Below, piece by piece: positions 37,183-51,639 of a stretch of 64,000 nt of DNA. The notes under the pieces are model-generated. The model was not told the origin of the DNA. It saw nothing but the letters and a program-made list of their open reading frames with translations, and did not search any database. The DNA lies in the NCBI RefSeq assembly GCF_006345805.1, contig NC_042997.1:102672001-102736000 (forward strand), read 5' to 3'. This DNA comes from Octopus sinensis (lineage: Eukaryota). Both the position numbers and the translations under genes were made by a program. Position 1 is the first letter of the stretch; the number at the start of each line of letters is the position of its first letter.

Positions 37183-37702
37183 AACATTGAACACACACAC
37201 ACACACGCACGCGCGCGCACACACACACTCACACACACACACAAACTGAAATATTGCTATTTCAAATGAGACAGCGTAACAGTTAAACTTTGCTTAGAAC
37301 ACCTTGTAAATCCATGTATGTCTTTCAATCAAGTATTAAACATCATTTGTTCTCCAATTTTTGTTTGGTATGTTATTTTGCGACATTAACAGAGTATATA
37401 TTCAAGGATCAGAATAAAAGTGGTCATTCGGTTAAAATAAAAATTTTTATTGTTACATCATACATAATCTGTACATGTGTTTCACTAGCGTCTACAAGTA
37501 TATATGCGGTAATCATGACATAGACGGTTTTACAACCACTCTATACACCAGATCATCAGAAAAACACAGGAATGTACTCCGTTGTTAGTTACTAAGTCAG
37601 TAGATACCAAAAGTGAACTTCGAGCACACTCATTAGAATGTTCTACATATAACAGCAAAAAAAAAAGAAAGAACATTCTCTCTTATTTTATAAGTGAAAG
37701 AG

Positions 37703-37791
<89 letters not shown>

Positions 37792-38271
37792 TTGGTTCTG
37801 AATGCAGTCAGGATGTCTGCTTCGAGAGGAAAAATTTGTCTCATAAAGTTACTAAGTTACAGTAAGTATCAAATTGTTACTAATACGTCTTTAAAAATTC
37901 ATTTATTGAAATGTATACACAGTAGTTGGCACATTCGTTAAAATAATGCATGCCACAGGCAAAATAAAACAGAGTAATTAAACTATGTCTTACATGTTTT
38001 GAAATATAATTAAAACCATTTAAATACATTTTATAGAAAGCAAAACAGTATTTGCTTATAATGATCTCGATAGAGATTTGATATCTTTCACATAGTTATC
38101 CGTGGAGACCGGCAATTGACGATAAACAGCATTACGATTGGCAGATATTTTCAAGCAGTAAAAGATTAAAATATAGCTGATACATGAAATAATATGTACT
38201 CTTAACATGATATTAATCATAGGCTATGTCAGAGGTTGTTATATTTAAAAAGATTTTAATATGACAACTAG

Positions 38272-38900
38272 ATAAGGTGGCGAGCTGGCAGAATCGTTAG
38301 CACACCGGGCGAAATGCTTATCGGTATTTCGTCTGCCGCTACGTTCTGAGTTCAAATTCCGCCGAGGTCGACTTTGCCTTTCATCCTTTCGGGGTCGATA
38401 AATTAAGTACCAGTTACGCACTGGGGTCGATGTAATCGACTTAATACTTATGTCTGTCCTTGTTTGTCCCCTCTGTGTTTAGCCCCTTGTGGGTAATAAA
38501 GAAATAGGTATTTCGTCTGCCGCTACGTTCTGAGTTCAAATTCCGCCGAGGTCGACTTTGCCTTTCATCCTTTCGGGGTCGATTAAATAAGTACCAGTTA
38601 CGCACTGGGGTCGATATAATCGACTTAATCCCTTTGTCTGTCCTTGTTTGTTCCCTCTGTGTTTAGCCTCTTGTGGGTAGTAAAGATATAAGAATCGTTA
38701 GCACGCCAAGCTAAATGCTTTGCGGCATTTCGCTCGTTTTTATGTTCTGGGCTCAAATCCCGCCGAAGACGACTTTGCCTTTCGTCCTGTCCGGGATCGA
38801 GAAGATAAGTACCAATTGAGCACAGGAGTCGATGTAATCGACTTAACCTCTCCTCCGAAATGGCTGGTCTTGTTCTAAAATTTGAAACCGATATAATAAC
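38272..38900 (+). mobile_element. Meta-type SINE multimer (head + two 184-nt units + a further copy)
   Basis: Unit starts at 38324 and 38508; junction AAAGAAATAG|GTATTTCG. Confidence 0.88.
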
Positions 38901-39927
38901 TAGATAAAACATTTAGTACAATTACTAAGTAATTAGTTACTATGGTCACAAGTAAGCATTGCCAGTAGTTGGCAAAATCAATGTTGACAGTCAGCTGTAG
39001 ATATGAACGAAGCATCTCTACTACTGAAAAGTTCTTCAAGTAGTCGTCACCGAATACGTTTTACCAAATCTCGTCAGGAATCCATGTTTGTCATTAGCTT
39101 TGGTGGGTTATCAATTTCATGTTGCGTGTCTCTACCAATTAATGCAATTGAGTAGTTTTCTCCTTTGGTTAGGGAGTAGAAGTTTCCAAAATATAGCATC
39201 CGATATTGTTTGTTATTCAGCACGATAGCAGTGGCCAGAGCGAACTATATCCTGCGATGAGCCACAATAAGAAAGATGAGCTGAATGTGCTCGTAAATCT
39301 CATCATTAGTTTTGTGCTGACACCATAATATGAATTCATTGAAACACTAACATGTACTTAATTACATAAACCCAAACAAAACAGGAAAACATTAACTGAT
39401 AACATAAAAACGTGGAAACTGATAGTGATCTATATTGGCCAAAATTATGCAGTGATAAAACAACCGAAAGAACCAGCTGGCTTTTGATAACCTCAATAGG
39501 TCTAGCATTCAAATAAACAACAAAGGGAAGCCTTTTTTTAAAAAGGAAGAAATAACATTAAACCTACGACTATAACGATTGACCTATGAGACATTTAGAG
39601 AGTGAATACAAGTACTGATCAAGTGCTTAAACAGAGGCTATAAGCGTTGATTAATTGTAGTTTAGCTTGTGAACGCGAGTCGCTACGTCAGCGAAAACAA
39701 TACATACTGAATGAGCAAACAACGCCTTAAGTTAAAGAGTAACTAATAAATGAATATATCTTGTAGGAACAAAGGAATGAGAATAGTTTATCCTCTGTGG
39801 GTTTAAAAAAGGGTTCAGTTCCAAACTCTGAGTAAATTACCGAATTTGACTTGTACCTGAAGAAAGCCGGGTGTGGGGTACAACATCCAAAACATGTGAA
39901 CATAACAATCGAACGAGGTCCCTTGTC

Positions 39928-39995
<68 letters not shown>

Positions 39996-40137
39996 ATATA
40001 ATATATATATATATAATATATATATATATATCATAATAATAATAATACTATATTTGTTCTACGTCCTCGCATTGTTGTGTTTTTTTGTGCTTTCTTGTTT
40101 GGATTAACTATATATATACATATATATATATATATAT

Positions 40138-40205
<68 letters not shown>

Positions 40206-40334
40206 CATAATAATAATAATACTATATTTGTTCTACGTCCTCGCATTGTTGTGTTTTTTTGTGCTTTCTTGTTTGGATTAACTATATATATACATATATA
40301 TATATATATTATACATTTGTACGCATGCATGCAG

Positions 40335-40980
40335 TAGGTTAAAAGTTCATAAGATTACTATCAAAGAGTGACGCTAGTGCTGTGAGATCTTGCAAGCATT
40401 AATTTCAACCCTTCTTATAAGAATTGCATTGTTTTGTTCCAGGTAAACTGTCATCTGACTATTCAAAAGAAAGTCCCAGAAGTGACTAGTAGCGACTTCT
40501 CTTGAAAGTGGACAAAATTTGGCATCGTGGTGTTCTCAGGTACCTGCAGAAAAAAGGATTAGCCCCCAAAGACTTTCATGCTGACATGGCGGCTACAGTA
40601 GAGGATGATGCTCTAACTTTATCAACAGTACAAGAGTGGGCAGATGAATTTAGGAGGAGAAGTGAGGGTCTTGAAGATGACCCAACGTCTGGATGTACTG
40701 CAACGGTCACCACCGAAGAAAATATTGTGTTCACCACATGGTGATGAATGACAGGCAACTGACAATAAACCAAATAGCCAATGCTATTAGCATATCTCGT
40801 GAAAGAGTAGAGAATATTCTGCGCAATGCACTTGGTATGACGAAGGTTTCTGCTCAGTAGCTGCCACGTCTTCTAACATCTGATCAAATGTACATCAGGC
40901 TGATCATATCACGGGAAAATCTGACATTGTTTGAGGCATAGCTAGCTAGTTTCGTTGAACGTTTCTTCGACTCGAATTAC
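40335..40980 (+). pseudogene. Mariner 5' fragment
   Basis: HRGVLRYLQKKGLAPKDFHADM..ALTLSTVQEWA.EFRR..LEDDPTSG, followed by a decayed KVSA..LPRLL motif. Confidence 0.75.
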
Positions 40981-42057
40981 GAAACGAAGGACAGTTTTGT
41001 TCAGAGAGTACACAAAATTCAAAATGACCTGTCCACCACGTTGACCTTTTAAATTTGTAATTGTTTCCAGATTTATATACGGATTATCATGCTTTAAACA
41101 TCGGAGATTACGAACAAGAAAAAAAAATCTTGAAAATTTTAACCTTCGTTTCTTTTTCTTCCTTCAGTTTCTTTCCTGGAACTGACAATAATTTCTACAA
41201 TCTTTGAAAATTTGTCTATGCCTTCATGGATAAATGCACACACAATTATACACATAGGGGTAAATGCACACACAATTATACACATAGGGGTAGATATGGC
41301 TGTACGGTTAAGAAGCACACTTTGTAACTACATGGTCTTGGGTTCAATCCAACTGCGCAGACCCTTGAGTAAGTGTCATCCACTACAGCTCCGGAAGGAC
41401 TAACGCCTTTTGAGTAAATTTGGTAGAAAAAACACTGCGAGGGAGCCCGTCGTGTGTGTGAGTATGTGTGTGTGTGTTTGTGACTGTGTTTCTTGTCCTC
41501 GTTTGCTGTTTGACAACCAGTGTTGCTTTGTTTACATTCCCGAAGTTTGGCGATCTGACAAAAGAAACCGAAAGGATAAGAAGCACCAGACTAAAAAATT
41601 TAGAACCGAGATCGATTTGTTGTATTAAACCCTACAATGTGATGTTCCAGCATGGCCGCAGTCCAATAACCGAAACAAGTAAAAGATGTACTTGTTTACA
41701 AATACTCATACATAGATAATTATATTTGCAAAGTAACACGTACACGCACATCCACAAAATTATTGCAGATGATAAGTTGTGTCTTGAGAGAGAGCCCAGT
41801 CTGCACTTTCTAGCGTGTTGATCATCTACTTAGAGATTCCCTTATTTAAATCGTTGTGTTCTCCACCACCATAGCCGCTGCCGTCGTCAATTTTCTGTAA
41901 AAATAACCATCAACACGCGTTAACAAAATAAATAAAATGTATATATGTTTGGATTTGTGACTGTGACGGGCAAAAAAGACATGTTACGCCACTAAATCTT
42001 TTACTTTATGTATCTGGGTTTGTATTTTTGCCTGTCCGTGGTCGTTTGCATACGTTT

Positions 42058-42660
42058 CTTATTTCTTTACTGCCCACAAGGGGATACACACAGAGGGGAC
42101 AAACAAGGAGAGACAAACGGATTAAGTCGATTATATCGACCCCAGTGCGTAACTGATACTTATTTAATCGACCCCGAAAGGATGAAAGGCAAAGTCGACC
42201 TCGGCGGAATTTGAACTCAGAACGGAGTGGCAGACGAAATACCTATTTCTTTACTACCCTCAAGGGGCTAAACACAGAGGGGACAAACAAGGACAGACAG
42301 ACGGATTGAGTCGATTATATCGACCCCAGTGCGTAACTAGTACTTAATTTATCGATCCCGAAAGGATGAATGGCAAAGTCGACCTCGGCGGAATTTGAAC
42401 TCAGACGGTAGCGGCAGACGAAATACCTATTTCTTTACTACCCACAAGGGGCTAAACACAGAGGGGACAAACAAGGACAGACAAACGGAATAAGTCGATT
42501 ACATCGCCCCCAGTGCGTAACTTTGTACTTATTTAATCGACTCCGAAAGGATGAAAGGCAAAGTCGACCTCGGTGGAATTTGAACTCAGAACGTAACGGC
42601 AGACGAAACACCGCTAAGCATTTCGCCCGGCGTGCTAACGTTTCTGCCAGTTCGTCGCCT
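42058..42660 (-). mobile_element. Meta-type SINE trimer of 184-nt units
   Basis: Junctions at 42242/42243 and 42426/42427; head at ~42612-42660. Confidence 0.9.
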
Positions 42661-43289
42661 TGTTACGTTTCTGTCTTTGCATACGTTTCTGTCTTTACAA
42701 ATGTATTTTTTGCTCGAGTGTGTATTGTATTTGCCTCTCACTTTTCGTCCCTCGATCATCTTCCATGCATATTAAAGAATTATTGCTTGTACTTGTTTTT
42801 GTTAGATCTTAATTAGTAAAAAAAGTAAAATGATATACTGTACCTATGCTGACAGGTTTATGTACGTCTTTATGTATGCACAATCACCATTAGAATTGAC
42901 AAGGTCCGAAGCATCAACAATAGCATCTACTTGAGGTTAATTTGTGATATTTGCTTTGTGTTTTGTAATATTTGCGTTCCCATTACGTTTTATGATATAT
43001 TTTAAGCAGTGAATTCATGTAAATCTATATTAGGACGTTATAAATGACAGTGTGTGTGCGTACGTACATATATATACATATCTATCTGTCTGTCAGTATT
43101 TCTGTCTCTCTCACGCGCTCTCTCTCTCTATCTATAAATAAATAAATACATATACGGTTTCTTGCTACGTTTATTCTTATATTTGGGTAAATGTAAATCC
43201 ATATATAATGACAAGTGATTGGTAATGTATGCATGTATGCGAGTGTGCGCATGCACACACACACTTACACACACGTATGCATACACATA

Positions 43290-44470
43290 CATGCACTATC
43301 AATATCAAAATACCTCCTCATGAAGGCCCTAGATTTTAATAGGCAATTCACCAAAATCATAGACGTCGATGTCAATCATCATAAACGTTGGAAAGTCAAC
43401 CCTAATCCACGATGATTCATACTGGGTAAAAAGTGAAGGTGACCTACTGTTCGGCGTATCTATAGGGCGCTACGACGGGGCTGAGATCGCTGACCATGTC
43501 GAGTTATTTATGCTGGATACTCTTAGGAAGCGCACTTTCTCCCATACTTCGGCCCTGTATAAGGATGATGGCCTGGCAATTTCAAGCTAAATAAACTGTC
43601 ATATCATAGACAGGTTCAGGAAGGGTTTCTTTTATTCTTTTACTTGTTTCAGTCATTTGACTGCGGCCATGCTGGAGCACAGCCTTTTAGTCGAGGAAAT
43701 CGAACCCAGGACTTATTCTTTGTAAGTCTAGTACTTATCCTATCGGTCTCTTTTGCCGAACCGCTAAGTTACGGGGACGTAAACACACCAGCATCGTTTG
43801 TAAAGCAATGTTGGAGGGGGGACAAACACAGACACACAAACACACGCACAAATATATATATATATACATATATACGATGGGCTTGTTTCAGTTTCCGTCT
43901 ACCAAATCACAAGGCTTTGGTCGGCCCGAGGCTATAGTAGAAGACACTTGCCCAAGGTGCCACGTAGTAGGACTGAACTCGGAACCATGTGGTTCGTAAG
44001 CAAGCTACTTTCCACACAGCCGCTCCTGATAAAGATACGTACCACACAGCCACTCCATCTGATAAAGATGTTCAATGAATTTGGCTTATCTATAACAGTT
44101 AGCACCGATTTGACAGAGGTCAACTTCCTGGACACAGTCCTAGTTCTGAGGAAGGAAAAGTACCACCCATACAGAAATACCATTGAAGAAATTGATTATA
44201 TTCATTGAAATCCCAATATCCCTCAGCTAGAATTAGAAACCTAGTCACAGGCATATGTAGAAGAATAGCTAATCTCTCAGCGATGTTCAACAGAGCTGCA
44301 CCCTACTATAACGATGCATTAGGGAGGAGTGGTTTTACTGATAAGTGAGTACGTAAAGAGGGTGCCCTGCCCCATCCCCTGAACCAGAAAAGAGTCAAAA
44401 AGAGAAAAATAATTTCGTCCAGTCCTCCATTCAATCTAAAAAAACCCAACTAACATAATTAGGACTTTCC
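43290..44470 (+). pseudogene. Second, unrelated PLE RT fragment interrupted by a SINE
   Basis: FGVSIGRYDGAEIADHVELF..ALYKDDGLAI, resuming after 44030 with VNFLDTVL..YHPYR..IDYIH and FNRAAPYYNDAL. Confidence 0.7.
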
Positions 44471-44631
44471 TGATGCTAATTAAAAAGACATTTCTCTTGA
44501 AAAATGCTTTACGTACTAAAAACTCATATATTATTTGTGCATGTGCATATATATTGGTATGCATAAATATATATATGTGTTTGCGTGTATGTATGCTTAT
44601 ACATACATACATACATACATACATACATACA

Positions 44632-44693
<62 letters not shown>

Positions 44694-45119
44694 CATACAT
44701 ACATACATACATACATACATACATACATACATACATACATACATACACACACATATATATATATAGAACACACGCACACACATGGTAATTGCAATGTAGT
44801 ATAAACTGAACAATTGGGTTCCAAATAGTTCTTTTCTTTAAATATCGAACATACATAAGCTGTTTGAATTATGTGATCGGTTTCGGAACCCAGCTTGAGC
44901 AACTTCAAGCTTTATACTTGATACAGTTGGAAACAACTTGAGATGGACCAATAAAATTTTTTAATAATGTGTGTGTATGTGTGTAAGTGTATGCATACAC
45001 ACACATACACTTACACACACATGCACGCACGCACATACACACACGTAACCCCTCCACACACACACACACACAAATATCTATGTGGGTTGCCTAATCAAAA
45101 AGAGTCTTGAAAGTACAGA

Positions 45120-45208
<89 letters not shown>

Positions 45209-45475
45209 CATATATACATATATATATAATGTATAGTTTGTAACGTAGATATAAGACCTAAAATTTGTGGAAGGGGCTTAATATTTCCTCTCCCAAATTT
45301 CCTCCCTCCTAATACTTCACTGATATCGTATCTTATCGGCTCCGAAAATATACGGGAGGCAAAATTAATCTTAGCTAAGATTGGCTTTTCAAATGTTGGG
45401 ATTTGTTACTAAATCCACTATAATAATTCTGTCAATCATCAAAATTAATACATGCATAAAATAGTTATAAGCATA

Positions 45476-45527
<52 letters not shown>

Positions 45528-46389
45528 AAATACATACTTATTGGTGTCATTCTTGATAAAAGACATCTTTTCTACTATAGGCAGTATGGCATAAAATTCT
45601 GGAGGATTGAGCTAGTCGATACCATCAACCTTAATACGCAACTGGTTCCTTATTTCATCGATCTCGAAAGGACAAAAGACAAAGTCGACTCCGGCGGCAT
45701 TTGAATTCAGAACTTAAAAACGGACGAAATACCGTTAAGCAATTTCTCCAGCGTGCTAACGTTTCTGCCTGCTCATCGCTTTATTCTTGTTAAATGATAT
45801 CAAAATGAAAAAAAAAAACCCCAAGGACTTTGTACTATTTTCACGACTTTTCTCCAGTGTTTTCGACCCTGGTCTATCTTTTTGTTTCTCTCTAGTCAGA
45901 TTACCGCTTTTTCAGCTCTGATTCCGTATCCCGCCTCACTGAAGGAAGTTCTTCTCCCAGGTCTTGTTGGTTTTGAATTGTCATCGATGTCTCTGTAATT
46001 TTGCTTAAATCTACATAGGAGCGTTGGCCCTACACAAACCCATTTTTACCGCTAGGAAGAGGTGGTCCTCACAAGATTGGCCTCTATCTTTTGATCTGTC
46101 CAGCAAGAGAGACCTTACAAGAGCTTGTGCTGTGCTAGCATAGTTCTCATGGTCGTTAAAGCATACAAGCTACCACACTACAACAAAGACTGGACCTTGT
46201 GGTGTATGTAGTCATAGTTGTGAGTGTGTTCTTCACAGTTAAGGGATGCTAATTTAGCGCTCTTGGGCCATGTTATACATTTTGACAGAAGCGGATTTTT
46301 GATGATAAACAGAGCTTAAAGACAGAAGCCACGAAACCAGAGTTAGCTTATATAAGTTAACAGTGTCATTTTAAAATAAAATGATATAA

Positions 46390-46420
<31 letters not shown>

Positions 46421-46784
46421 CACGCACACACACACACACAACACACACACACACACACACACGCAGAGGAGTAATGTTTGTTAGGCATTTTGAATAAAAT
46501 AATCTCTAATTCAGTGTTGATATAGGAAATCCCCATTGAGTCAAGATCAACGGCTAATCTAAAGAAAGAAATACCACAGATAGGTAGGTACTTTTGCTGA
46601 GGTGACGGTCAATTGATTTCGAGGAACTTCAACTCACGACTCATGGTCCGATTGTGGAACAAGTTATATCTTTCCTTCAAGTAACACGTATCCAAATAAT
46701 TACCAAATGTAACTTTACTGTCACTAATTTCCTTCACGTAACATTCAACCAAAATATCAGCATAATCGCATTATAAAGCAAGCA

Positions 46785-47763
46785 ACCACCCACCCACTCA
46801 CCCACCCACCCACCCAACCAACCAACCAACCAACCAACCAACCAACCAACCAACCAATCAACCAATCAAGTAAGCAAGCAACCAGCCAACCAACCAGCCA
46901 ACCAACCAACCAACCAACCAACCAACCAACCAACCAACCAACCAACCAGCCAACCAATCAACCAACCAACCAACCAACCAACCAACCAACCAACCAACCA
47001 ACCAGCCAACCAATCAACCAACCAACCAACCAGCCAACCAATCAACCAACCAACCAGCCAACCAACCAGCCAACCAACCAATCAACCAGCCAACCAATCA
47101 ACCAACCAACCAACCAACCAGCCAACCAATCAACCAACCAACCAATCAACCAACTAGCCAACCAATCAACCAACAACCAACCAACCAGCCACCAACCAAC
47201 CAACAACCAACCAGCCAACCAACCACCAACCAACCAACCAGCCACCAGCCAACCAACCAACCAACCAACAACCAGCCAACCAACCACCAACCAACCAACC
47301 AACCAGCCAACCAACCACCAGCCAACCAACCAACCACCAGCCAACCAACCAACCAACCAACAGCCAACCAATCAACCAACCACCAACCAACCAACCACCA
47401 ACCAACCAACCAACCAACCAACCAACCAATCAACCAACCACCAACCAACCAACCAGCCAACCAATCAACCAACCAACCAACCAACCAGCCAACCAACCAA
47501 CCAACCAACCAACCAACCAACCAACCAACCAGCCAACCAACCAACCAACCAACCAACCAGCCAACCAGCCAACCAGCCAACCAACCAACCAACCAACAAC
47601 CAACCAACCAACCAACCAACCAACCAATCAACCAACCAACCAGCCAACCAACCAACCAGCCAACCAACCAACCAGCCAACCAACCAACCAACCAACCAGC
47701 CAACCAATCAACCAACCAACTAACCAAGCAACCAAGCAACCAACCAGCCAACCAACCAGCCAA
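46785..47763. repeat. ~1-kb (CCAA)n/(TTGG)n tetranucleotide array with CCAG/TCAA variants
   Basis: Seen directly. It is the source of the spurious W/L/V/G ORFs. Confidence 0.95.
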
Positions 47764-48562
47764 CCAGTCACTTCATAAACTGCTTTTGAAACCCCGAGAA
47801 ATCTAACTAACAACTTTGTTAAAAACACGTCCTTTTTTAAATAGTCAAACTTTCTACAAACGAACAAATATTGCGTGAGGATGCAGCTTACTATAATGAC
47901 ACCTTTCTAAAACTTGGATACCATTGGTTTCAATTTCTGGCGCAACGCCAGCAGTTTGGGGTGAGAGGATAAGTCGATTACATCGACCCCCAGTGCTCAA
48001 CTGGTACTTATTTTATCAACCTTGAAAGGATGAAAGGCAAAGTCTACCTCGGTGGAATTTGAACTCAGAAATGTAAAGACAGACAAGATGCCGCTAAGCA
48101 TTCTTCCCAGCGTGATAATGATTCTACCAGTTCGCTGCCTTAAACTCTTGGAGACTATTAAAAAAAAACCCCAAAACACAAAAAACAAAAACAAACATAT
48201 ATTGAAGGCAACGAGAAAACCACTAACAATAGTAAAAATAGAAATATGTATGGCTTTATATGTATAAGTGGAGACGCATGGATTAGTGGTTAGGGTGTCA
48301 GCATCATGATTGAAAGATTGTGGTTTCGATTCCTGGACCGGGCAACGCGTTGTGTTCTTGAGCAAAACACTTCATTTCACGTTCCTCCAGTCCACTCAGC
48401 TGGCAAAAATGAGTAACGCTACGATGGACTGGCGTCCCGTCCAGCTGGGGAACACATACGCCATTGAAACCGGGAAACCGGGCCCATGAGCTGGCTAGGC
48501 TTTAAAAGGGCGCATTTATTTTCTTTTATTTATATATATAAACATAACTATCTCTCAGACAC

Positions 48563-48624
<62 letters not shown>

Positions 48625-49130
48625 ACACTTCGTTATTTTCAGGAAGTGGCAGAGTAATCACCATTCGAACTTTACTGGTATTTATACATACCGGCGTTAT
48701 AGCAAATGTTTTTAAACCATCGAAAAATACAAAGACCAACCGAATATTCGAGAAATTTCTTACTTGAATGTGATCTATTTTCAGAATCAAACTTCATTTA
48801 TTAAATTCAGAGGGGGGGGGGCTATAATAATATCAGCGAACGGCTATAGGTGTTTAAGTGTGTTTGAACTTAACAAAAAAAAAATTCATGGCAAACACTA
48901 ATAACATACCGTATTATTTTCTTATTGCAACATCAGCGAGTCACAACTTGTCGACACAACTTTCCCTACCGCATTTCCCAATCAATCCACCATTCCTTTA
49001 CTTGAAAAAAACCTTTAACATCATTTACACCAAGGGAGTTTACATTAATCAAAAGCAATAACGAAAATACAAATGCATTCATGAATACATAAACAAATAA
49101 CAAAAATATTTTAAAATTAATTTAGCTTAC

Positions 49131-49496
49131 TTTTCGGCTCGTATTATCCTGACGTAAACCTGATCTGTTTAGAATCAACATAGTTTCTTTTGATATGTCT
49201 TCTTTCTTCCCCGATCGCAGGACTACAGGTTGACTCGGAGGTAAAAGACTACTGGATTCTCTTAGCAAAGGTATACCATTAGGTCTTTGACAGGCGGTGT
49301 TTTCTGATTTTTCAGTTGGTGTGGCGCTCGTGGGAACAGTGTCTTGGCTTTTGGATTCGATTTGGCTTTTAGATTTTTCTTTGATGCTGGTTCTGCGCTC
49401 GGCTGGCTTCGACAAACCATGTGCCGGACACATTTGCCCATGTCTATGAGTAACATGCTTTGGTTGTAATTTTTTAATAATGCTGCCGCAAGACAT
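49131..49496 (-). CDS. LRRC74: LRRC74A/B-like gene, first coding exon (low-complexity charged N-terminus MSCGSIIKK...DNTSRK)
   Basis: 122-codon ORF ending at a GTAAGC donor (49130), phase 0. TTTTTCAG acceptor at 49543 and an in-frame TAA just upstream of the ATG. Linked to the LRR exons only by phase compatibility. Confidence 0.6.
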
Positions 49497-49921
49497 TCTT
49501 TGTTGTTATAAAAGTTCTCCAGGTTTATAGTATTTCAAATATCTGAAAAATATGGATTTGGAAAATATATATATTGTACAGGATTTCAAAACGAAACTGT
49601 GTGGCACGTAAACTGCTCTTCAAAACTATAAAGCCAGAGCGCTGTCAACTTTTTTCTGGTGAACTACACTATCCAGATTAATGAAACTCATTTCTAGATA
49701 GGAAATGGAACAGAAGAAGGCATTGCAATATTCAAATTTATTGAAATCCAAGAATAAATTAGACAATAATTCAAAAACACATACTGAGCCAGAAACCACC
49801 AGTTCAAAACTATAACGGCAGGTTGAATAATGTTGCAAAAATGATGCAAAACAGGGAAATTATAATTTATTTTAATATTTTCATGCAATACATATTTCAA
49901 TGATATTCTTATGCAATAAAT

Positions 49922-50340
49922 ATATTTCTTTATTGCCCACAAGGGGCTAAAAATAGAGGGGACAAACGAGGACAGAAAAAAAGGATTAAGTAGATTACAT
50001 CGACCCCAGTGTGAAAGTGGTACTTTATTTATCGACCCCGAAAGGATGAAAGGCAAAGTCGACCTCGGCGGAATTTGAACTCAGAACGTAACGGCAGAAA
50101 AAATACCTATTTCTTTACTATCCACAAGGGGCTAAACACAGAGAGGACAAACAAGGACAGACAAACGGATTACGTCGATTATATCGACCCCAGTGCGTAA
50201 CTGGTACTTATTTAATCGACCCCGAAAGGATGAAAGGCAAAGTCGACCTCGGCGGAATTTGAACTCAGAACGTAGCGGCAGACGAAATACCGCTGAGCAT
50301 TTCGCCCGGCGTGCTAACGACTCTGCCAGCTCACCGCCTT
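49922..50340 (-). mobile_element. Meta-type SINE dimer of 184-nt units
   Basis: Junction at 50106/50107; head at 50291-50340. Confidence 0.9.
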
Positions 50341-50399
50341 GTTCTCATGCAATAAATGGTGTGTTTGACCACCACCTTTCTGAATTACTTCAAAGACAC

Positions 50400-51260
50400 A
50401 CGGTTCATACTCTCAATCAACTTCTGCAGCAGATCACGTAGAAGCTCTTCTCAGGCCTCCTTTATTGCCGTTTCAAGTTCATCAACAGACTAATGCTGCT
50501 TGCCTTCACTGTACACAACATTCGTGAGATATCCCTGGGCATTCTCTATAGGATTACAGTCGGGACAATTTGTTGGCCCTGGCAATGACATGGAGGAAAT
50601 CCAAAGTTGCCTTTGTTTTATGAATAGGAGCATTGTCTTGTTGAAATAAGACGTTCTCGCCATGGAGTCTTCTTCCTTCTTCGTCAATGTGAGCCCCGTC
50701 CAACATATTGATGTATCGTGCAACATTGAAACGGCCATCTTTGATGACAAGTAGCAGCTCCTCGTTAGTAGATATTGCTCCCCACACTATAAGACCTCCT
50801 CCGCTGTTCTGCTACTTGGAATAAGTAGAATTTTGTATACATTTATCTGACCAGTAATAATTATAACTGTGGGGCCATCCAAATTCCATTTTTTTCTCAT
50901 TAGAGAACAGAAGGCTGGTCCGTTCACCATCCCACGTCTGATGCTTCCGAGCAAACTACAATCTGACAGCTTTGTGGGAAGAAGACACTAACGGTGATTG
51001 TCGAGGATCCTACTGCCTTGAAGAGCAGCGTGACTCCTTCACATCTCTGACAAAAGCCCTTTCATCCCTCTCTGATGTAGTCTTGGGACGTCCACTAGCA
51101 TGAACCCTCTTGTAGCCATCAGGATCTTTCAGAAAATTGTCCGCTGGCGTTCTGCTTCGCCGAATCTTCTCGGCAATCTTCTGGTTACTCACTCCTTCCG
51201 CTTTCAGTGCAAGAATCTTCTCTTGCTCAATTTCGGAAAGCTTTGTAGCTTTAGGTATAT
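50400..51260 (-). pseudogene. Tc1/Tc3-like transposase relic (DD34E)
   Basis: FSNEKKWNLDGP, GGGLIVWGAIS, FQQDNAPIH and PTNCPDCNPIEN; frameshifted. Confidence 0.8.
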
Positions 51261-51639
51261 TGTAAATGTAATTTGGGTCACGGAGAATACAATTGAGTCG
51301 GATATTTCCCGGAAAAATCTGGAAAGAAATGAAAGTGTACCAGAGGTTTCATAGTTTTCAAGTGTTGATATGCTAGGAAAAATTGGAAAATCAGGTGATG
51401 TAATGTAATAATAAAGGTACAAAGTTTACATTTTAAAGTATTGACGAAATACCCATTTACAATATATTATGCCTCTTAGTTTACTTAAATACAGAGCTAA
51501 ATTTTAAAATAACTTAAAAAACATGACTTTATAGTTTTGAATAGTAGTTTAAGTAGGAAAAACAGATGAGATGTAAGAAAGTCCTGTCGCATTGCAAGAA
51601 GGGAAAGAAAACAAATGCTTCTTTATCTTAAGTGACATT

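Noticed and set aside
39857-39900. CUGAAGA...AAAACAUGU hammerhead-like string
   Set aside because: G12 is A, the triplet would be GUG and stem I does not pair. At best a dead remnant.
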